Below the pieces are notes generated by a model that saw only the letters and a program-made list of their open reading frames with translations, searched no databases and had not been told where the DNA came from. A DNA stretch of 61,806 nucleotides, counting the filler, from Rhabdomonas costata (taxonomy: Eukaryota), in the NCBI GenBank assembly GCA_019059605.1. It is 25 parts of 25 records of this genome, joined end to end, with 100 filler letters (N's around TTAATTAATTAA, not from the genome) between each part and the next. Parts side by side here need not be neighbours in the genome. Positions count along the whole stretch, not along the records: positions 1 to 2,379 come from JAHMHO010003710.1; positions 2,480 to 4,858 come from JAHMHO010003711.1; positions 4,959 to 7,337 come from JAHMHO010003712.1; positions 7,438 to 9,816 come from JAHMHO010003713.1; positions 9,917 to 12,295 come from JAHMHO010003714.1; positions 12,396 to 14,773 come from JAHMHO010003715.1; 19 more parts are not named here. One strand, given 5' to 3'. Of the stretch, positions 1-12,997 are shown piece by piece. Every line of letters begins with the position of its first letter. The first letter of the stretch is position 1. The translations under genes and the position numbers were made by a program.

Positions 1-2379
1 TTGTTGTGGTATATGTGTTGGTGTGATTGATGACCGCCAGCGCGGGGGGGCCGCCATACAGTCGCTTCCCATGCAGGCGAGTTCGCTGTGGTTTCTCGAC
101 ATGAGTGGAGCTGCTGTGGACTCCTGCGAACTTTCCGAGGTTCGGTCTTTCCCTTTACACTTTGTTGCCTTTGTTGCCAGTATTTGGTGGAATGGAATGC
201 GCGGGGAGGTACTTTTTCCGCAGGTGCGTGCGATTGTGGACATCCTGCACCTTCACCGGTTTTCACACGATGCGCGGTCTAATTTGACGGTGCTGACAGC
301 ATCCGAGAAGACTGCCCATTTGTGTTGGTGTGCTCCCCATCCCCGGTGCCTTTTCGACACCGGAACCTCATAGTTTCTCTCACGTTCCGCCTGCAAAACT
401 TACGGTTGGTTGGATGGGGATATGCACCATTGATTTGCTCCTGAAATTCGTCCCGTCCGTATATGTCCGTTAAAGCGAACGCCACGGCCAAGGCTTGAGA
501 TCCAGACGCAATCACCCCGAGGTCGAAACTAGGTTACAGCGGCAGCCATTGTTTTTCAGTAGTATCAGTATCAGTCCGGCATTGTGTTTTGCGGTTGCGA
601 TGGGGAGCTGATGTTGAGATGAGCAGCCATAACATTTTCACTGCGAAGGAAGGAAGGGTTTTCCACAGCGGTCGTAGTGGCCAGAATGCAACGCGTTACG
701 CTCCAACATCATGTACTGATTTGCTTTTGAATGAGTTGCTTGCTTTCCTCAGGAAAGCAGCCGAGCGCTTCTCGCTCGTTCCAGTGAATATCCGCCCTGT
801 GGGGATGGCAGATGTCAATGGGGATCTCGGTGGTGTTCTGGTACTGGCATGCTTATCCGGTGTGCTTCACCTGCGCCTGTGGCTTTTTATCTGCTCCTGC
901 CTGTCTTTGCCTGTCTTTGAATCCCACTGTCCAGTTGTCCAGAAGTCAGAACTGCGCATTGTGATTAGCAGTGCCAGCCAATTTAAGGATTCCTGTTTCC
1001 TGTTCCGTGACTTTTAAACTGCAGCTGAGTTGGTGCTTACCTTAAGCCGTCCGCTACTCTGAGTGTGGGTGACGACTTGTGGGGGCAGCTCAGGATGCAA
1101 TGGATTCGCTACCATTGGGGTTATGCAGCCAGGAGGAGAGGGCCAGGTCTCGGAGTTGACTGGACTGGACATCGACGACCTGGTAGACTATAGGGGCCCC
1201 ACTCCCAGCCAGCATTACCGTAGCCCATTAATTGGTGCTTGGTTCGCTGCTTGCTCCGTGTTTATCAGTTTATGGTTGGGTTTGCAGTGAGTACCAGTTG
1301 CGCCCGTGCATTAAGCTGCTTGCTGGACAACTTGCCTCACCGCCATCTGCTTTCCGTTGTTCTGGGGACCCCTCAAGCCTGCTATGCTGCAGCCGACATC
1401 ATGGAAGTTGCCAGGTTGAGGTATTTATTCTTTAGTTTTAGGATAAAAGATCATCAAGAGGGCTATGTTGAAGCAGGCTTGGGGTATGGATGAGATGAAG
1501 AGCAGTGCAGTTTTCCTTGTGTTCACATCGGTGCCCCCAAAACGCGCATATCGCGCAAACATTCCACTGCCGGTTTGGACTGTGGCAGAGCTTGCAGATT
1601 CATCACAGCACCAGCACGGAGTCCAACGCGAAGCAATTCGCGTGGAAGCAACAAGACGATGAAGAGTGACACCCGAACACCAGAGCAGTGCCAGTTCAAC
1701 CAAGCAACGACACTCGAGGCATAATCTAGAGACATAGCACCCCGCTGCACCTCTGTGACAGCCCGAACTAGCCAGCACACGTGGTGACACATCCACAACT
1801 CGAAGTGTAAAAGGCAACGACCGCGAACTGACCGCATCTGCCAGTGCACTGCGCGCCCAACACACATCACACACACAAACACACACACACTGAGCTGGGT
1901 GTGAAGGGAGAACATTGGTAAGGATACTGTCAGGCACCGAGGTCGGCTGGAATCCATATCATGGTCTAACACGCTGGTCTCGATTAGGAGTTAGGATGAA
2001 GGCTATTCTGGCCCCCATGTTCCACGGGGCTGTGGAACAAGGGGGTCAGCAGGTGCCTGGTTGGGACATAAGTTGCCTGGAGATGACGGCGTCTCGAGCA
2101 GTCGCGAGTCTTAGGACTTAAGATGATGACTGAGAAAGGTCTGTCTCTCTCAGACACACACACGCACATGTACATGCACACACATCAACAGTACCCGCAG
2201 AAGGTAGGAGATTCAGCGGAAGAGGGAAGGGCCCACAATGCAACATAGAGTGATGTGCACAGTGGTCACAAGTCAATCTGGCTACAGCCAACGCGCTGTG
2301 CGCTTAACACACAAACACACACACTCTCTTTCACTTCTGTGAGAAATGTGCAATTTCCCTGCGCGTCCCCCCCCACAAC

Positions 2380-2479
2380 NNNNNNNNNNNNNNNNNNNNN
2401 NNNNNNNNNNNNNNNNNNNNNNNTTAATTAATTAANNNNNNNNNNNNNNNNNNNNNNNNNNNNNNNNNNNNNNNNNNNN
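2380..2479. other. Artificial contig-joining spacer (first of 24): 44 N + TTAATTAATTAA (stops in all six frames) + 44 N
   Basis: The identical 100-nt spacer starts at 2380, 4859, 7338, 9817, 12296, 14774, 17252, 19731, 22205, 24683, 27161, 29639, 32115, 34591, 37064, 39540, 42015, 44490, 46966, 49440, 51912, 54385, 56859 and 59332. The intervening contigs are all about 2.37-2.38 kb, consistent with a length-sorted concatenation. Confidence 0.99.
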
Positions 2480-3982
2480 TGATGGATGAAAAAAATACCC
2501 CCCAATTCTTTACAACTTTTGGAATTTAAGCCGTTGATATCTGGTGTAAAGAAAGTGTTGATGGGGGTATGAATGAAGGCCTAGTGAGATAAAATCAGAA
2601 AAATGCAAAAAGTTGGAAGAAGAAGAAAATGCAACTTCATAAAAAAAATCCCGATTCTGTATCATGCTTTCATAATTTGTGATGGTGTTTTTTGGGGCCC
2701 CGAGAATCGTCACCCACTTCGTTCGTTCCTCAGTTTGCTAAGCTCGCATACCTTCGCTACCCGCTCGGTATGCTCACCAGCGCGAAACAGCCAATACCCT
2801 ACGCTACGGTGCCCAATCCCTCCGTATGTAGTGATTCGAAGAGGAGGTGGTCGAGACCGACAATATACATTATCTTCTACGGGAGCGAAGCGACCCAGAT
2901 GAAGCTGCTACGGCATTACCTCGCGCGCGCTTCGACATGCCCTCCGTGAGCACGATGCCGATAAAGATCCCACTAGATGAGACAGAAATGCAGAATATCC
3001 GGAGGGAAACTGATGTTGAATACCAATATCCTGTTGTAATCCTCCTACCCCACTCATGCGCATTCTTGGGGCCCCTCTTAACGCTTCTTCGTCGCTACGC
3101 TCCTCCTTGCTAAGTTTACCAGGTCGTCCATGTCGCTACGCTCCATCTCCTAAAGCAGTTTCTGTATAAAAATGCGAGGGCGTGGAATGGGAAAAATTGG
3201 GGTAAATTGGGCGAAGGAAGGCATAAGGTCACTGGGGCCAAGATTTTCTAACCTTGGCCGCTGCTGCCTCCACAACCGCAGCTCGGGGCCGCTCTCGGCT
3301 CTCCGAGTACTACAGCACCATGAGCCATACAAAAATTCCGCCTTCTGCTGAAACTGGAAATACACAAATAGTTGGAATTGCCAATGTCCATCTTAGGAGG
3401 AGGTCAGTCAAACTGGCAGTCGCCACAACCACCAAGAAACCACCAAGAAAACTGGTAACTACTTTGTGCCTTCCTTCACCCAATTTACCCCATTCCACGC
3501 CCTCGCATTTTTACACACAAACTGCTTTAGGAGGAGATGGAGCGTAGCGACATGGACGACCTGGTAAACTTAGCGAGGAGGAGCGTAGCGACGAAGAAGC
3601 GTTAAGAGGGACCCCAAGAATGCGCAAGAGTGGGGTAGTAGTGAGTAGGGTATTGGCTGTTTTGCGCTGGTGAGCATACCGAGCGGGTAGCGAAGGTATG
3701 CGAGCCTAGCAAACTGAGGAACGAACGAAGTGGGTGACGATTCTCGGGCGCCCCCAAAACACCATCACAAATAATGACGTTTTGAAAGCATGATACAGAA
3801 TCGGGATTTTTTTATGAAGTTGCATTTTCTTCTTCTTCCAACTTTTTGCATTTTTCTGATTTTATCTCACTAGGCCTTCATTCATACCCCTATCAACACT
3901 ATCTTTACACCAAATATCAACGGCTTAAATTCCAAAAGTTGTAAAGAATTGGGGGGTATTTTTTGTGTTTTTTCATCCATCA
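2480..3982. repeat. Large imperfect inverted repeat (fold-back structure)
   Basis: 2480-2802 is the reverse complement of 3645-3982, and 3045-3229 is the reverse complement of 3461-3638, both with scattered substitutions and indels. About 240 bp (2803-3044) is present only in the left arm. The central spacer is about 230 bp. Confidence 0.92.
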
Positions 3983-5109
3983 CCAAAACAATGTTACACT
4001 CTTTTTTTACTCTCTCTTTTTACTATTTCTCTTTTTACTATCTATTAACATGCGCATTTTATGACACGGGTGGTTTAAATCTGGTGTAGAGGTAGGAGGT
4101 GGTGACCGTTGTCCTTTTACACACAGCTTAGGAGTTCCGTAGCGTCCGTAGCGTCAGAATACACACGTTGGGGTTTTTTCTGGCGTAGGGGTATTTCTTA
4201 ATATGAATTTTTCATTAAGAGGGCAAAAACGTGGATAGTGTTCAATATCGACATTTTTCTGGCATCTCACATTAGACGCTCCATAACCTTTGACACGGGA
4301 TCAAAGCACAACAATACCGAGAAATTTGCCTTGGTTAAAACACTTACCCATGCTGTATTAGCACGTTGGATATTGGGCATCCTGGACCACCAAAAACTGA
4401 CCATCAGTGTGGGGTGGCAAAGGTCATAACCCTGGTGCAGCTTGGCACCTTCCCCGAGCAACTCGCTCATCGGGGACGCTGGTTATCCACCCAAACCCCA
4501 ATCCCTCCGTTTTGACAACCAGCTCCAATTCCTACCCGCCCTCCGCGCTTCCAGCTCTACAGTCACCCCAGCCCATTCCAGCCCTCGTCGCCACTGGATC
4601 TGATTGCTTCCCTTTCTCACCGCAAGCAACGGTGGTGCAAAATTATTCAGACAGTGTCTTGTCCCGGCTTCTCCCTCGGGTGCTCGCCGAGTTCCCACTT
4701 CCCGCTGACCGGTGGGTAGGTCTCGGGCTGACTTGACCCTGCCCACCACCCAAACGCCGCCGCTTCCTCCCGAAGCCAACATGATGTTGCACACGCTGGC
4801 TGCCAACGGGCTCTTCCCGCGCCTCCAGTTTTCCTCGCCGCTGAGACCCCCGGAGAAGNNNNNNNNNNNNNNNNNNNNNNNNNNNNNNNNNNNNNNNNNN
4901 NNTTAATTAATTAANNNNNNNNNNNNNNNNNNNNNNNNNNNNNNNNNNNNNNNNNNNNGGTGTTGGGTCTATCCAATCCTTTAAATTCTAAGCGTGCAAA
5001 TTCTCACAGTTCACATTTTGGGTTTTGGGGACACAGGATTACGTTGTCTTCGTCCCTTATGAGGGACGCGAGATTTCACGCAAAAAAAAATAACAAAGGG
5101 GGCGCAGAC

Positions 5110-7306
5110 CAGTCGTCCACCAACGGGCGGCAGGCGCGGCCCATCATCTGAAGCATGTCAGTGATGTGATAGTCTGCGTGGCGGTGCTCCCGGCCGTCGT
5201 AGTACTGGGTCCCCATGATGATCACACAGTGCGCAGTGGGCTCCACACCTGTGAAGGGGACACATACGGTCGTATCATAAAAACCTGGACTTTTTTTTTT
5301 CGGTATCATGAACCTGAACATTTTAATAATCTTCATATCTTTGAGATTTCAGGGGGGAGGGCTTCAGAATTACTCAAAGCCAATGTGCGGTGTCACCCGA
5401 GTCACCCGTGTCACACGAGAACCGCACATCAGTAAAGCAACGGAACCTTTCACAAGTCTTTGGACATCACGACTGACATTCGCTGCATCTGCGACAATTA
5501 CAGGAGTTAGCATAAGCAGGACATGCTCAACTGCAGGAAGCAAGATGGGAAGGGTCGCATGCCCCAGCAATGCTTGTAGCTGGTGATGAACACGTTCACC
5601 GCACTGCTCTCGAAGAGCTTGGAGGCGATGGTCTTCTCGCGGTCCGACAGACCCTCGTGGTAGAAAGCAATGCCGTGTTGCAGGGACCTCAGCAAAGCCT
5701 GCGTGATTTGATACCCACAAAGCGTAGGGTGCGGCAAGAGAATGCTCGCACTCGCATCACTGCTCCGACCACTTCAACTTTCCGCGACCACCCGCCAAAG
5801 TTCACGTTCCGACGAGGTGCAAGTCCTTCTGGAGGTCTTCTCCAAAACTAATTTCAAGCTCAAGCGGTCTACAGCTCGTAACACCCACCCCCAACAGTCC
5901 AACACTGACCATGAGAAAAAAAAAGGTCCCAAAAATAAATGGGAAGGAGAGAATGCCTCGTCTTTGATGTACGAAAGGTGCTCCTTGATTTCCGCCAGGG
6001 GCACCCTCAGGAACATCCGCCGGTTCTCTGCAGCTGTCAGGTGACCCACCAGCTCCACGGCCACGTCGTAGATGTACCGCTTCTCGGGCACAAAGATCAT
6101 CACGGGCTTGTCCGCGCTGTGCGCGCGGATAGCCATGAAGGCGGGCTTGTACATCGCCACCATCCGAGAGGTGAACCCGGGGTTGTCAAAACCCTAACCC
6201 CAACCCAGCAAAGCCATGAGTAATTGTGAGCCATTGTGAGACACAACCTTTTTCCGCGGGAACGGCGAAGAATAGACCACAATGGAAAAGGATCCAGTTG
6301 TTTTACGGGGCTTCAAATCAACACCGATACTTTCTGAACACATCCAAGTCGAACTCGAATCATGGAAGAGCTTCACTTTTTCTGTTTTGGTTGGAAAATG
6401 ATACTGAACACGGAAAAGCACCGGAATTGTTAGCAGAGGCATTGCTACGAAACGATCAATTCCGCGCTCATCTGCGGTCATTCATTGTCAGACGACGTCG
6501 ACATCCGCCACGGTAACATCAGATCTATTATGTGGCACAAAAGGCATTATGAAAAGCAAGGCTTTTATAGCGGAGCAAAAAAGCCGTTGCCAAAACCTGA
6601 ATGTGAATCTCCAACGGCACTGGCCTCACCGTGGGGTGGAAGTTGAAGATCGAGGTGTGAGAGGCTCCCACCCACTCTCCAAGATCCTTTGCATTGGCCA
6701 AGGAGCTGCTGGCCGCGACAAGACGGATCCTTGTCCCAAAGCGCTCGACCATCTGCGAGCTGATGTACCTCATCCGGGACACGATCACCTCCACCACAGG
6801 CCCCCGTGGGCCCACGATGAGATGCAGCTCGTCTACAACGAAGAGCTTCACACTCGTGACGTTCTTTCGCTGCTTCCACCTGCGGGATTGTGGTGGGTGC
6901 ATGTCCCTGCTAAAGGACGTCCTTTGACCACAGGGACCTGCGCTCAGTTTCCAGCTCCCTTGATCTACGAGGTTACTAAACACAGGCAGAGCACACAGTT
7001 AAAAAAAAAAGCTGGATAAATAGGTCGAAAACGAAAGGTGCGATTCCAAGAACCGCTACCATTTTCAACCATTACCGGAGCTCACCGTTATCTCCCCTCC
7101 ATGCAGAGTTGGCTTGAGCCAAACCCAAAGCGGCTTTGCCAGTTGAGGGGTAACGATACCGTCTGGAGATGACATCCCAGTGCTCAGGGGTGCTGATAAT
7201 AATCTCGCCCTTTTCCAGCAGCTTGAGGTCCGCGCTGGTCTCACCAGTGAGCTGCACCACGGTTCGGCCAAGGCGGTCATCAAACTTGCTCTTCCACTCG
7301 CGGTAC
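5110..7306 (-). CDS. BRR2: U5 snRNP 200-kDa RNA helicase Brr2, C-terminal helicase cassette (partial, 5 exons)
   Basis: Exons 7306-7160, 6879-6597, 6193-5957, 5698-5563 and 5248-5110 splice in frame. Peptides include [112 protein letters not shown] and [34 protein letters not shown], all typical of Brr2/SNRNP200. Two introns are GT-AG and two are GC-AG. Confidence 0.96.
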
Positions 7307-7444
7307 CTACCGCAGACATGAGGACAACCAAAACCCCNNNNNNNNNNNNNNNNNNNNNNNNNNNNNNNNNNNNNNNNNNNNTTAATTAATTAANNNNNNN
7401 NNNNNNNNNNNNNNNNNNNNNNNNNNNNNNNNNNNNNGTTTTTG

Positions 7445-7587
7445 GTGAAACAGGACAGTGGTCATAACTAGAATACATCCTGCAGTTTCCGGACTTCGTA
7501 ACTTGTTTCACATGTACCCTGTAAAACAAGTTACGAAGTCCGGAAACTGCAGGATGTATTCTAGTTATGACCACTGTCCTGTTTCAC
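7445..7587. repeat. Perfect 64-bp inverted repeat with a 15-nt loop at a contig start
   Basis: 7445-7508 is the exact reverse complement of 7524-7587. Confidence 0.95.
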
Positions 7588-9916
7588 AGAAAAACCACTG
7601 CGGACATTCCCATTTAAACAGCTGGGGCAAGACGCCATGTCAGCGACCGCGGCGTTGTCCTGGGTTTGGATCTCCATGGGCAAAAACGTGGCTTACTCAG
7701 CTTTACGCGGATTGGCAGGCGACGCCCTGCACTGGAAAAGAGAGAAAAGCGCACGCACATCAACCGGGAAGGGCGTAAATTGCAACGCTTTAGTCTGCTA
7801 CCAGGTGTGAAGGATTAGGACCTCAGCGGGTGAACGGCACACCGCCTCAGAGGATATGTGGGAGATGTGACCCAAAGAAAGATTAGCAATCAAAATATAA
7901 TTCGGTTTCAAAACAAATCAACCCAGACACACACCATTTATAGCGCACAATAAGTACAAAAGAAAACCCAAGTTTCTTGGGTCTTTTCCACGTGGTTTTC
8001 CTTCTATCTAGCTTATTTGTGCCCGAAATGGCCTTGGAAAAGACGCAGTCGAAGGCAACAAACGGGGTGACCATCAACACGGTGCACAGCGTACCACAGA
8101 GCACAAAGGCAATCAACATCACAGCCAACGATTAACAGGGAACCGCTTTGACGTTGAAATTACCACGCCGGTCCCACCACACCCCTTGGGCCGGAACCCT
8201 TTGCCACAAGGGGCTTGACATTCCATACCTAAGACACCTTGTGCCCGACTGGCTTGTTGCGGCCCCTTTTTCTCCCTGCTTTTTGCTCCTTGTCGGTTGC
8301 AGTGATTTCGTAAATGCTGTTGTACCTGTGTGTGAGCGTGTGCGTGTGTATTCGTGGTGGACATATTACTTGTGGTGCCAAGTACTTTTTTGTTTGTTTG
8401 GGTGTGCTGGATACATTATGAATTAGTGCGCAGAGTTATGGCGGATGTATGTATGTATTATGGTTTACTGGTGCTGTAGTAGGACCAGATCTGTGATGTG
8501 TTGGTGGTGGGTTCAAATTCGGAAGAGTGGTTGTGGTTGTGAGTGGTTGTGAGTTACTCCATACACGGACTGGGTCGCCGACAATCTCTGCAGATTTCCT
8601 GCGCCAGATGGTGTGTAAGCTAAACGAAATCTGGGTACTGATCGAGGTGCACGCAAAGACACAAAACATCCGAAAGCTGTTTTTGTCAATGAATTCTGTC
8701 TATATCCGATGTAAAAAGGTTGTTAGCTCCATTGAGCTAATAGTTTTCGACTCACCAACGCCAAGAATATGGATGGAGTGGGTATGTATCCTTATTTGCA
8801 TTAGATCAAACGTCTGTAACAGGTTACCAAAGTAGGCTCTTGATACATATGACATACGAGGTGTAAAACCACGTTTTGTGCATCTCTGAGTTAGATAAAT
8901 TAAAAACAGAAATTTCAAAACTTCTGACCCCACGAGCAGAGACTCCTGGTCCAGCCGTTACTGTGACAACTGTACCAGGCCATTGTATACATTTTTGAAG
9001 TTCAGCTAAATTGATTAAACTGAAAATATGTGCACCCCACTGCCATATACATTGGCGTTGTCACATATTCAAAGAAAAGAGATATAGTGCAAAATTCAAA
9101 ATCACGTTTTTTGATTATGTATCGAAAGAGATGGAGAGGTCAAATTTTGGTACCCCAACTCTATGTTTTCTTTGGGTCCCATGAGCAAACAAAATCCATA
9201 AATGAGCTTTTGGACACCACAAGTTTACACTTCTTGGTAACAAACGGCGTTGCAGATTTTTCTGAATCTTTTTGTTTCGAGTTTTTTGCCTGGCGAGGTG
9301 TTTAAACACAGTAAGTGCCGTGCGCTTACCCTCTCAAAACTTCCCACAAGACTGAGAATGTTATAGCTAGAGATGATATGCTTTAATTAAGTTAGATCTT
9401 GAAAACAAAAGTAAACTTTATTTGAATTCCGCCACTGTTGAAACTTTTCTCGATATTATTTGGTTTTCCTTACTTTTACTAACTTCAAATGCAACTCTCT
9501 TGTGCAAAATTTGACGTTTTCCCGATTCACGTTCCTTCTTATCAAGTTCGCAGACATTCTCTTTTATTTGAAGGCCCACTTCTTTCCTTTGTTCCTCACT
9601 TTCAGTCCCTAAACCAATAAAATTAAAATTTTAGGAAGCTGGACCTTCATCTATGCCTCAAGTGTCACCGGGAACAAATACAGGCCGTGCCGCCCATATA
9701 AGTGTAAAGTCTTTGCACGTCCAGTCGGTGATCATTAGCCCTCAGGCCACATCTCTCTCAAACACATCTGTCATTAACATCTATACCATCACATTGGATG
9801 CTTCCCCCACCAACCCNNNNNNNNNNNNNNNNNNNNNNNNNNNNNNNNNNNNNNNNNNNNTTAATTAATTAANNNNNNNNNNNNNNNNNNNNNNNNNNNN
9901 NNNNNNNNNNNNNNNN

Positions 9917-10778
9917 GGTGGGGGGGTGGCGACCGGGCTGGAGGGTTTTTCGCTCCTGGTTTCTCCACATGGCGGCAGGGCCGCGGGACTCGGTGGACAA
10001 CTGTCTGGCTATTCCACAGCGTTGGATTTCTCAACTTCTTTTTCCTCCCAGCAACCTTTACAGCCAGCCGAGCACGAGCAAAAGCCTGCACCACAACCGC
10101 GGCCCAGCCCAGCGGTGCCTTCCACTCCTCCAACCGCCGAGTTCGGAGTTGCCGCTCTATTTGGCGGCGGCATAGGAAACCCCGGACGACAGCCTGAATC
10201 GCCGCGCAACAGGTGCGTCGCCGAGGAAGGTCCACTGTGCGGACCAGGAGTCCACGCCACCACGCCTGCAGCCGAACGGCTGCGTGGGTGCGCTTTCTTT
10301 TCCGCTGCGCCCGCAGCAGCGCCTGCTGCCGTGCTTCAGCCAGCCTCTGAGCCTCCTCGGCTTCCTGCTGTGCTCGCGCGTGCCTCTTCTCAAGCATCAG
10401 CTTGCGCTCGCGGAGATAAAGCTTGGCCGCAACCTCTTTGTGGAACTCATTCCGCTGCTGCAAAGCAGCTCGACGGATTAGCTTGTGCTGCACCCTTTGC
10501 CTTGTGCTCAGTAAATCACCCTCGACCTCATCCCACGCTGAGTGCACCACTGCGGATTGAGGGCGGTGTCGGACTGGCCCCGTGGATGGGGGACGAGGGC
10601 TGAGGCCTGCTTCTGGCGTGGAGGACTGAGGCCCAGAACTGTAAAATTCCCGGGAAAAGGCTCCCTTGCGGGCCAATGAAGGGGGAGGAACAGGAGTTGC
10701 GGGAAAACTTGCTGCCGCTACAGGCAAAGGAAGTGCTGTGCTCGGTAGCGTTGCCTGCGTACTACCAATACGATTCAT
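9917..10778 (-). CDS. IQ (calmodulin-binding) motif protein with coiled coil; long single exon, 3' end cut by the contig
   Basis: Open frame from ATG 10778 (MNRIGSTQ...) to the contig edge. It has a Pro/Ser-rich N-terminus, a charged coiled coil and three IQ-like motifs: AAVRLQAWWRGLLVR, CAAIQAVVRGFLCRR and AAVVVQAFARARLAVK. Confidence 0.8.
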
Positions 10779-12997
10779 TGTGAAACATGGAAACACAGAG
10801 TGCAGGTTGCATCTGTAAATCCTCGTTGTGGAGGCAAATGCGTCTTTCTGATCCGGGGTCCGGGAAGTGTCAGCGAAGCCCGTGCCTAAAAAGCAAACGA
10901 GTACAATGGGCACCAACAGGGAAAGTGATCAAATAGGGTCTTCACGTTCCAAATCGAAACATATCAAAACGTCGTCAAGTAGAAGTCCAAAGCAATGCAC
11001 CACACCTTCTCGCGCTGCTCGTGTCGTGGAGGGGGCAATGGCTGACGCAGACCACGGGCGGGGAGTTGCCCCAGCTAGCCTCGCGGCCGTCTGAAAAAAC
11101 TCCGCAGCAGAGTCCGCATCCCCTGAGCAGGTACAGGCCCCTTACTCGCAACTTACTCGCACCTCCCAACACACAGGCTATTAGCCTCGGGAGGGGAAGA
11201 CCTTCTCAGTCTCTATTCACTCACCTTTACATCTGGTCTGGGGGGAAGCGTGATGGGCTTAAATATGGTAATTTAAGAGTTTTGTTACATTCTAATTCCT
11301 GTACAAGAACCGGGGCGTTTTTTGCAGCTTGCAAATAAAACAATTTATGGTTCAAACCTTGCCGCGGACACCGTTTCTTGTGGTAAAATACATGAAAGGC
11401 CAGCAAGCTAGGTCAAGGAAAACCCATAAACGGGGGCAACCTACGAACACCCATGAACCCACAAACATAAGGCTAGCTCCACCGGGAAACTGAGAGATAA
11501 ATCTGAAACTTTCGGAACAGAAAATCTTTTTACCGTATTTTTATGCCGCTGGTCTCAAAATTGCACTGTACGTGGAGATGAGCAAACAACATAGTTGATG
11601 GTTCGGCCTCGAGGCAAAATGCGGCAAGTGTGGTTTGAAGTAAACCTCCGGTCCATTCAGACTTTTAGGTGCACAGTAAAAAAGCAAAGTTCGGGCGTAA
11701 TGAACAGTGTTTTCGAAGGTGACATAAGTGTGTTTCAGGTGCACGGGGAGTTCCTTCAACCCCAAACATCAGGCAACACAGTGACTTACCTGATTTTGGA
11801 CCGCTCAGCCATAGAACGCATCCTCCAACTGCTCTGACAAAAGTCTCAGTTTATGGTGGAGCCTCCTATGCTTATATTGCTTATGAACTTTATGAACCAC
11901 GCAACACACATGCCCACTAGTTCAGATGCGCAGAAATTGTTGTGGAAACGGAAGGAGACCTTGAACTCCCTCCAAGCACCCCAAGGCATTCATGATCGAC
12001 ACGCGGAGCGAATTCCTGCGAGGGGTTCCCAGGCACGATGGCATCCGAAGAGTCTCCAGAACCGCGAGAGTCTGCGGAGAGGACGTCGTTCGGAGCGATA
12101 ACTGTGCAGAAGGGAAAGGTAAGCTGAAATCAGCGGAAATAAAGCAACAGAAAAGATGCAATAGCCATCAAATGCAACTGTCATTTGGACGACCAGCCTG
12201 TTACACACGAGTGTATCTTCGAGTGTATCTCATTTCTTTGCGAGAAAAATAGAGCATCGCACCCCCCTTTCAGACGCGCGCCCTTACAAAAAAACNNNNN
12301 NNNNNNNNNNNNNNNNNNNNNNNNNNNNNNNNNNNNNNNTTAATTAATTAANNNNNNNNNNNNNNNNNNNNNNNNNNNNNNNNNNNNNNNNNNNNTGTTG
12401 TTGGTGCTCGTGTTTAAGCCCATGTTCCTGAACTCGTTGCATCGCTACCCATCTGGGCAACTGCAGATCTTGCCACGGGAATTTTGGACAATCACACACA
12501 TGGGAATTGACATGAACATGGGCTTAAACACGAGCACCAACAAGTGAGTGCTCAAACCTTTGCGGGAGGCAGCTTTCACTACCCCGAATTCTGCGCCCGC
12601 TTCTTGCCCGAATGCACAACGTAAGTAGACGGCAGACAAAGGGAAACCGCTCGGAAAACAAGCACATGTACAAAATGCTGGACGTCAGATGTGATGAGGC
12701 GCTAACTTCGTCAGCGTTTGAGCACTTTTTTTTGGGAAGGAAGTTTTGAAGCACTCAGCCTCCTTAAATTCGGAGATGATCCCACAGTCTTATGCCCATC
12801 TTCTGCACCAGGCACGGGTTCAGTACTTGCGGAAGAAGTCTGAACGTTTGAAATTTCATGACGGCCACCTGGGCTTTCACAGCGATTCCGCTTCAACCTG
12901 CCCAGGGGCCCCTTTGCCGGAGCACATCCACTCTTCTTGTAGTGGACAAAAAGGACAGTAGGCCTCCCACGAGACTTGTTTCCCGCTTGACAAAAGG

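Noticed and set aside
1-2379. Possible degraded non-LTR retrotransposon (endonuclease-like 'GDGEHTNTNG' on the minus strand)
   Set aside because: Only a vague resemblance; I could not find ordered APE or RT motifs.
8436-9309. Possible tyrosine-recombinase remnant ('HTHSIHILG') on the minus strand
   Set aside because: A single weak motif lacking the catalytic Arg, in frames full of stops.
12398-12543. 30-bp perfect inverted repeat (likewise the 39-bp one at 54496-54599) as biological hairpins
   Set aside because: Both begin at the contig edge next to primer-like G/T sequence and are most simply amplification fold-back chimeras.
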